Positions 15,992-21,051 of a stretch of DNA of 21,051 bases are shown here, piece by piece. This DNA comes from a virus (taxonomy: Duplodnaviria; Heunggongvirae; Uroviricota; Caudoviricetes), in IMG/VR virus record IMGVR_UViG_2579779002_000005. The stretch is one strand, 5' to 3'. Below the pieces are notes generated by a model. That model did not search any database, was not told where the DNA came from, and saw nothing but the letters and a program-made list of their open reading frames with translations. The position numbers and the translations under genes were made by a program. How positions within the stretch are numbered: the first letter of the stretch is position 1; each line of letters starts with the position of its first letter.

Positions 15992-16969
15992 TCACCCCCT
16001 GAATCCCGGCGGTATTTCAGTGTCCGGTTCAGAAATGTGATTCACGCAACGCTGCGCAGGCAAACGCCCCAGGCGGATAACCAGTTCATCCCATTTTTCC
16101 CGGAGTTTTGCCGGACTCATGATGTTTTTTACCCAGAACGAATCCCGCTGGAGACGCCCAAACATTTCACAAATTTGTCTGTGAGTTCTGCCATCCAGCA
16201 TCCGCATTGTGCGAACGTCATTGGCCCATGCTGTCCAGTTGGGTTCTTTCGGTCTAGTGATCTCGCCATCATAGCTGGCCGCCTGCTCGTAAAGACTCAC
16301 GATTCGTCCCCAGATCCACTGTGCGCACACCAAATCTTCCTGACTTCCCCACTGGCGTTTTTTCGCACTGAACACAACCGCGTCAGGGTGTCGGGTTAAA
16401 AAATCCTGTTCAGCCGTCTGCGGGTCCGGTTGCGAAGCGTCCGGACAAGAAGATCTTTTATCTGACGGATCAGGTTTTAATACTGACGGATCGGGGTCAA
16501 TCATCGGCCCCCTAATCGGCAGTTTTTTATCAACAGTTGATCCATCAAAATTTGACGGGTCAACCGTTGAGGGGTCAATATTTGACGGGTCAACTGTTAA
16601 CGGGTCATTTTTTGCCGGGCTAATTTTTCTTTTCGGTTTATATGACTCACGCGCCGCCGCCGCAGCTGCTTCGAGTTTTTCCACATTAAGCCGATAGATA
16701 TTGCTTACATTACGCCCACCGACCTTACGCTCTTCCTTCGTCAGCCAGCCCTCTTTCGCCAGTTCTGCAATAGCCGATTTCACTGTGGATTCACTTCTTG
16801 CACCGATCTGACGCCGGATAGTTTCAATGGCAGGCCATGACACGCCCTCGTCATTGCTGTAGTCTGCAAGACGGGCCATAACCGCCACCCTGGATAAGAT
16901 CATGCCGGTGAAGGCGCACCCTTCCCAGACAAGACCATGAAGCTTGCTGCTCATAAACCCCCCGAACAC
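15992..16969 (-). CDS. Replication initiation protein (O-like / YdaU-like) containing the internal iteron origin
   Basis: N-terminal HTH-like segment (WPAIETIRRQIGARSESTVKSAIAELAKEGWL), a central repetitive D/P/S-rich linker encoded by DNA iterons, and position upstream of the DnaC-like gene. The first codon appears to be GTG, with an ATG at 16954. Confidence 0.65.
   Translation of the reverse strand: MFGGFMSSKLHGLVWEGCAFTGMILSRVAVMARLADYSNDEGVSWPAIETIRRQIGARSESTVKSAIAELAKEGWLTKEERKVGGRNVSNIYRLNVEKLEAAAAAARESYKPKRKISPAKNDPLTVDPSNIDPSTVDPSNFDGSTVDKKLPIRGPMIDPDPSVLKPDPSDKRSSCPDASQPDPQTAEQDFLTRHPDAVVFSAKKRQWGSQEDLVCAQWIWGRIVSLYEQAASYDGEITRPKEPNWTAWANDVRTMRMLDGRTHRQICEMFGRLQRDSFWVKNIMSPAKLREKWDELVIRLGRLPAQRCVNHISEPDTEIPPGFRG
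16463..16610. repeat. Iteron array (putative replication origin) inside the initiator gene
   Basis: Four to six copies of TGACGG(A/G)TCA-like repeats (16463, 16484, 16553, 16584, plus variants at 16568 and 16598), followed by an AT-rich stretch at 16621..16650. Confidence 0.6.
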
Positions 16970-16976
16970 CGTGCTT

Positions 16977-17402
16977 TTAGTGCATCACCACAGCATTCCC
17001 TGCCGGGCCGCCGCGATTCATCTGGTCATACAAAACAACCGCTGACGCAACAAAATCATCGACATCCTTCCCCAGCCGATCCCTCCGTTCGACGATCTCA
17101 CGGTAATATTCAGAACTGTGGCTGCGCATACGGGCCACCAGCAAAGGCGGCATCGCCTTTTCGATCGCCGGTAACAGAGCCTGCATTTTTTCAACAGCAT
17201 CAGGGGTGTCTTTATCCAGCCAACGGAAAATTTTCTGGGTATTACGGGCCAGGGCTTCCGGATGGCTGTCGTCATACAGTTCCGGGAACGTCATTCCCAG
17301 CTCGAAATACGCTTTGGTAATTTTCGCAGCCGGCACTTTTTCGCCGTCCGGATGCGCCCAGACATTCATCGCCATGCGGATGTGTTCATGCTTGATTTTC
17401 AT
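16977..17402 (-). CDS. cII-position early protein (YdaT-like)
   Basis: 141-aa ORF overlapping the Cro-like gene by 17 bp, in the gene order found in the Rac prophage (racR / ydaS-ydaT-ydaU-ydaV). Assigned by synteny, not motif. Confidence 0.45.
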   Translation of the reverse strand: MKIKHEHIRMAMNVWAHPDGEKVPAAKITKAYFELGMTFPELYDDSHPEALARNTQKIFRWLDKDTPDAVEKMQALLPAIEKAMPPLLVARMRSHSSEYYREIVERRDRLGKDVDDFVASAVVLYDQMNRGGPAGNAVVMH

Positions 17403-17667
17403 GAATCAAGCTCCTAGAAAGTGGTTGTGTTAACGTTTTGGTATCTTCCAGCTCGGGCCAAATATTCATCCAATCAAAAGGCCTTAGTTGCTGACGTGTA
17501 ACTTCACCATTACTGGCTCGCTCAATAAGGACACATAACGATGCCCCTAACACTTGACCTTTACTCAATGCCTTTCTTAGATAACCGATGCTGGTACCAC
17601 ACTCGCATGCAAACATACGCTGTTCATCTGACGAAAGAGAATTGAGAAATATTCTTAATTCTTCCAT
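17386..17667 (-). CDS. Cro-like HTH regulator (YdaS-like)
   Basis: 93 aa with AAGGAG Shine-Dalgarno 5 nt upstream; HTH-like segment GTSIGYLRKALSKGQ; divergent from the repressor gene across an operator-bearing intergenic region. Confidence 0.6.
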   Translation of the reverse strand: MEELRIFLNSLSSDEQRMFACECGTSIGYLRKALSKGQVLGASLCVLIERASNGEVTRQQLRPFDWMNIWPELEDTKTLTQPLSRSLIHENQA

Positions 17668-17767
17668 AGCTACTCCTTAGTAAACACAGCAAAGAATACC
17701 CACAGGTAAACAAAAGTCAATACCCACAGGTTGTTTACCTTGCGGTAATCGCATCTATTATTTACCT
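17668..17767. promoter_or_regulatory. Divergent-promoter/operator region between repressor and Cro-like gene (OR-like)
   Basis: Two direct copies of TACCCACAGG(T) at 17697..17706 and 17721..17730, plus a gtaaaca/tgtttac inverted repeat. Confidence 0.55.
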
Positions 17768-18187
17768 ATGGACAAATATGAATTTAGACGACAGCAACTC
17801 ATCAAAATTCGTGATGAGAAATGCGATGGTAAAGCGGTTAACGTGGCCAGAAAGATCGGGCGCGAGCCTTCTTATGTATCAAGAATGTTGTACCCAGAGG
17901 GGAAAAAGGGAAAAAAACGGATCGCTGATGATATGGTGGAGATTATCGAAGAGTCCTTTGGGTTACCCCGGGGATGGATGGATGGTATCGTTTCATCATC
18001 AACGAACACAGCCTCCAGTTATGAAACAAGGGTTCTAACGCCACGACAACGTATTTTTTTAGATCTCTTAGACGAACTGCCAGAAAGTGAAGCGGATAAA
18101 TTATTAAAAACTCTTGAAGAGAAAAAACAGTATTACAATATGATCTACGAAGAAATCCGTAAAAAGAAAGCACAAAACGCATCATAG
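17768..18187 (+). CDS. Prophage repressor, short non-cleavable type (RacR-like)
   Basis: 139 aa with an N-terminal HTH (GKAVNVARKIGREPSYVSRMLYPEG) and no S24 peptidase domain. Divergent from the Cro-like gene. Confidence 0.65.
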   Translation: MDKYEFRRQQLIKIRDEKCDGKAVNVARKIGREPSYVSRMLYPEGKKGKKRIADDMVEIIEESFGLPRGWMDGIVSSSTNTASSYETRVLTPRQRIFLDLLDELPESEADKLLKTLEEKKQYYNMIYEEIRKKKAQNAS

Positions 18188-18229
18188 CTCACCAAACAAC
18201 TAGTCACCAGTTAAGACACCGCAAAAATT

Positions 18230-18266
18230 TACCCATGGGTATTTACTTTTTAAATACCTATGGGTA
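18230..18266. promoter_or_regulatory. OL-like operator pair downstream of the repressor gene
   Basis: Perfect 12-bp palindrome TACCCATGGGTA at 18230..18241 and the variant TACCTATGGGTA at 18255..18266. They share the TACC...GGTA half-sites with the sites at 17697 and 17721. Confidence 0.55.
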
Positions 18267-18452
18267 TCCTTCTTTTCATACCAACCCACCCCGCCCCACA
18301 GAATGCAGGGCAATACTTCGAGTTACCAGGCAGTGGTCAGGGGTTAAGTAGCCAGCCCGAGGCGTAAGAACATGACGGCAGGGTTCAACTTTAATAACTA
18401 TGCAGCAGGTTTTTGTTCCGCTACCCCGGCGTTAAGGGGAAATGAGGTCAAC

Positions 18453-18605
18453 ATGGATATGCTCAATCTTGGCAACAACGAATCTCTGGTATGTGGCGTG
18501 TTCCCCAACCAGGACGGCACGTTTACCGCGATGACGTATACCAGAAGCAAAACGTTTAAAACTGAAGCTGGCGCGCGTCGCTGGTTAACCAGAAACACTG
18601 ACTGA
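18453..18605 (+). CDS. Small 50-aa protein in the first position after the OL-like sites
   Basis: Start MDMLNLGNNESL with a GAGG Shine-Dalgarno 7 nt upstream. The ORF track lists a longer 77-aa form starting at 18372. Occupies the position of the small ydaG/ydaF genes in Rac (from memory). Confidence 0.4.
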   Translation: MDMLNLGNNESLVCGVFPNQDGTFTAMTYTRSKTFKTEAGARRWLTRNTD

Positions 18606-19018
18606 TGAGGTTGACGATGGAATTTAAAGATTTACCAGTACCATTCCAGGAAATGGCATCGAATGTGGTTCGCTCTCAACTGGCGACTCTTGACCTGAGT
18701 ACCGTAGAAAAAGAAACCATCGATACTATATCCGGTAACGTGCGTCGTGCCTTTATAGGTCTGTATGAAGAGAAGCGCCTATTCGGCGGACAGAATTCGC
18801 CTGAAAACAAGAATCAAGCAAATGATGAGAAGCTGAAACACATTATCGCCTTACTTTTGGAAGACGCAAAACGTCTACAGCAACTGGAACCAAATGCAGG
18901 CACAGAGGCCCGCATTTGGATTGCCATGAAATCACTCAAATGTGAAAGCAGTGATTATTTCAAAACAACAATTAAAACTACTCAACTTTCGGGAGAGCTA
19001 CTGAAGAAATTGCCATAA
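18605..19018 (+). CDS. Hypothetical soluble 133-137 aa protein
   Basis: The ATG at 18605 overlaps the upstream stop (TGATG); an alternative ATG at 18617 has a GAGG Shine-Dalgarno. No recognisable motifs. Confidence 0.45.
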   Translation: MRLTMEFKDLPVPFQEMASNVVRSQLATLDLSTVEKETIDTISGNVRRAFIGLYEEKRLFGGQNSPENKNQANDEKLKHIIALLLEDAKRLQQLEPNAGTEARIWIAMKSLKCESSDYFKTTIKTTQLSGELLKKLP

Positions 19019-19256
19019 GAGCATGGTCTTTCTCTTGTTCTGCAAGATGAGCATTAATACCTGGTATGGTTTTTTCAAATTTATCTATCTGTTGAATAAC
19101 AACTTCGCGGTATACGTTTGTTTTTGTACCACCAAGCGCAGCCGTTAATGCAGAAAGCATATTTAGTATCATATCAGTGCGATATGAAAGAATCCTGATA
19201 GCTTCATCTTGTTTTTCAATAATAGATTGCAGGGCCTCAATTTGCTTTTTATCCAT
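18978..19256 (-). CDS. Hypothetical 92-aa protein, convergent with and overlapping the preceding gene
   Basis: Start MDKKQIEALQ with a strong AGGAGG Shine-Dalgarno 5 nt upstream; heptad-like hydrophobic spacing suggests a coiled coil. Its 3' end overlaps 18605..19018 by about 40 bp. Confidence 0.45.
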   Translation of the reverse strand: MDKKQIEALQSIIEKQDEAIRILSYRTDMILNMLSALTAALGGTKTNVYREVVIQQIDKFEKTIPGINAHLAEQEKDHALMAISSVALPKVE

Positions 19257-19295
19257 TTCACCCTCCTGAGGGTTGGTAATTAAGGAGTTCTCCAC

Positions 19296-19700
19296 GGGTC
19301 AGGTGGAGTGCGTGCGCCGGACACGGGTGAACATCCGGCACTGACAGTTTACTGAAAGGATATGTCCCTGAAAAGTCAGGGCATAACGCGAAAGCGCACG
19401 GCGAAATTGGTCTCTCTGTACGGTGTCGTTAAATTTAGTTCGACCGTGCGCTTCCGGTTGTGGCAATCCGCGAAATGGTGCGGCGGTAAGTATGGCGGGG
19501 TTATTCCTTCCCCCGTTGAGGACACCGGGTTGTCAGGTTGACCATACGCTTAAGTGACAACCCCGCTGCAACGCCCTCTGTTATCAATTTTCTGGTGACG
19601 TTTGGCGGTATCAGTTTTACTCCGTGACTGCTCTGCCGCCCTTTTTAAAGTGAATTTTGTGATGTGGTGAATGCGGCTGAGCGCACGCGGAACAGTTAAA
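19296..19700. other. GC-rich structured non-coding region with nested hairpins and repeated GCGTGCGC / GCGCACG motifs in alternating orientation
   Basis: Hairpins ctccac..gtggag (about 19284..19308), ccgga..tccgg (19317..19340) and ccctga-aaag-tcaggg (19366..19381). CGTGCGC occurs at 19311 and 19445, and its complement GCGCACG at 19394 and 19681. The only long ORF here (19617..20222, minus) looks spurious. Confidence 0.3.
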
Positions 19701-19815
19701 ACCAAAAACAGTGTTATGGGTGGATTCTCTGTATCCGGCGTTAATTGTTAACTGGTTAACGTCACCTGGAGGCACCAGGCACCGCATCACAAAATTCATT
19801 GTTGAGGACGCGATA

Positions 19816-20004
19816 ATGGAAACGTTATTACCAAACGTTAATACGTCTGAAGGTTGTTTTGAAATTGGTGTCACTATCAGTAACCCAGTATTTACTGAAG
19901 ATGCCATTAACAAGAGAAAACACGAACGGGAGCTATTAAATAAAATATGCATTCTTTCAATGCTGGCCCGTTTACGTCCGATACAAAAAGGATGCTGGCA
20001 ATGA
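19816..20004 (+). CDS. Hypothetical 62-aa early protein
   Basis: Start METLLPNV with a GAGGA Shine-Dalgarno about 8 nt upstream; its stop overlaps the next start (ATGA). Confidence 0.4.
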   Translation: METLLPNVNTSEGCFEIGVTISNPVFTEDAINKRKHERELLNKICILSMLARLRPIQKGCWQ

Positions 20005-20192
20005 ATACAGCATTTGCACTTGTTCTGACAGTTTTTCTTGTTTCCGGAGAGCCAGTTGATATTGCAGTCAGTGTTCACAGGACAATGCAGGAGTGTGTGA
20101 CTGCAGCAACCGAACAGAAAATTCCCGGTAACTGTTACCCGGTCGATAAAGTTATTCACCAGGATAATAACGAAATCCCGGCAGGTCTTTAA
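20001..20192 (+). CDS. Hypothetical 63-aa protein with an N-terminal hydrophobic (signal or membrane) segment
   Basis: MNTAFALVLTVFLVSGEP...; AAGGA Shine-Dalgarno upstream; translationally coupled to the preceding ORF. Confidence 0.4.
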   Translation: MNTAFALVLTVFLVSGEPVDIAVSVHRTMQECVTAATEQKIPGNCYPVDKVIHQDNNEIPAGL

Positions 20193-20284
20193 AACAGTTC
20201 CGTAATAAATATCCGGTTTCATTCTTATATGCCAGCAATGGCAGGGATTTGTTCACCCTTAAATCTGTAATGAGGTAAAACAAA

Positions 20285-21051
20285 ATGAGTAAAGTCTTTA
20301 TTTGCGCCGCCATTCCGGACGAACAGGCAATAAAGGAAGAAGGTGCCGTCGCTGTAGCCACTGCCATTGAAGCCGGTGATGAACGTCGCGCCCGCGCAAA
20401 ATTTCACTGGCAATTCCTGGAACATTATCCGGCTGCTCAGGACTGCGCTTATAAATTTCTTGTCTGCGAGGATAAACCCGGTATACCCCGCCCTGCCCTC
20501 GATTCCTGGGATGCTGAATATATGCAGGAAAACCGCTGGGATGAGGCGTCTGCTTCCTTTGTCCCGGTCGAGACTGAATCCGATCCGATGAACGTCACTT
20601 TTGACAACCTAGCCCCTGAAGTACAGAACGCTGTCATGGTTAAGTTCGACACATGTGAAAACATCACTGTTGATATGGTGATTAGCGCACAGGAATTGTT
20701 GCAGGAAGACATGGCAACATTCGACGGCCATATCGTTGAAGCGTTGATGAAAATGCCAGAAGTTAACGCTATGTATCCGGAGCTTAAGCTGCATGCCATC
20801 GGGTGGGTTAAGCATAAATGTAAGCCTGGTGCCAAATGGCCCGAAATTCAGGCAGAGATGCGCATCTGGAAAAAACGTCGCGAAGGTGAACGCAAGGAAG
20901 CCGGAAAATACACGTCTGTTGTTGATCTCGCCCGCGCCAGAGCCAATCAACAGCACACTGAAAATTCAACAGGAAAAATCAACCCGGTCATTGCTGCCAT
21001 TCATCGCGAATACAAGCAGACATGGAAAACACTGGATGACGAACTGGCCTA
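20285..21051 (+). CDS. Hypothetical phage early protein, 3' partial (runs off the window)
   Basis: Open frame from the ATG at 20285 (MSKVFICAAIPDEQ...) to the window end, at least 255 codons, with a TGAGGT Shine-Dalgarno 9 nt upstream. Absent from the ORF track because there is no stop in the window. Overlapping minus-strand ORFs look spurious. Confidence 0.55.
   Translation, partial: MSKVFICAAIPDEQAIKEEGAVAVATAIEAGDERRARAKFHWQFLEHYPAAQDCAYKFLVCEDKPGIPRPALDSWDAEYMQENRWDEASASFVPVETESDPMNVTFDNLAPEVQNAVMVKFDTCENITVDMVISAQELLQEDMATFDGHIVEALMKMPEVNAMYPELKLHAIGWVKHKCKPGAKWPEIQAEMRIWKKRREGERKEAGKYTSVVDLARARANQQHTENSTGKINPVIAAIHREYKQTWKTLDDELA

Noticed and set aside
19366-19381. boxB-like hairpin as an N-utilisation (nut) site
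   Set aside because: No boxA-like CGCTCTTA element nearby and no N-like gene identified; the hairpin alone is not enough.
19617-20222. 201-aa minus-strand ORF
   Set aside because: Cys-rich, low-complexity translation that overlaps three plus-strand ORFs with good ribosome-binding sites and translational coupling; most likely a spurious antisense frame.
20449-20956. Two minus-strand ORFs of 128 and 115 aa
   Set aside because: Both overlap the long plus-strand ORF (20285 onward) that has a good ribosome-binding site; their translations are low-complexity.

Overview
This window reads as a lambdoid prophage segment, mostly transcribed on the minus strand, with an IS3-family insertion sequence at its left edge. 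From right to left it carries a Rac-type immunity region (RacR-like repressor, divergent Cro-like and cII-position genes, repeated 12-bp operator-like sites), a replication module (initiator with internal iterons, DnaC-like loader), two HTH proteins, then an AT-rich two-gene insert encoding an AAA+ ATPase and a subtilisin-like S8 protease. Beyond that lie DUF1364-like, DUF968-like, RusA and Q-like genes, a DNA methyltransferase, three tRNAs (Ile-CAU, Arg-UCG, Arg-UCU), a duplicated ~220-bp non-coding module where Stx phages carry stxAB (no toxin genes here), a NanS-p-like esterase, and a lysis cassette (holin, YdfR-like, SAR endolysin) with no spanin genes. The ATPase-protease pair is the main candidate for an accessory anti-phage system; its architecture resembles what I recall as the IetAS family, so it may be a known family with unknown mechanism rather than entirely new. 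All calls are from reading motifs, synteny and RNA structure by eye; no homology search or composition calculation was run, and family names come from memory.
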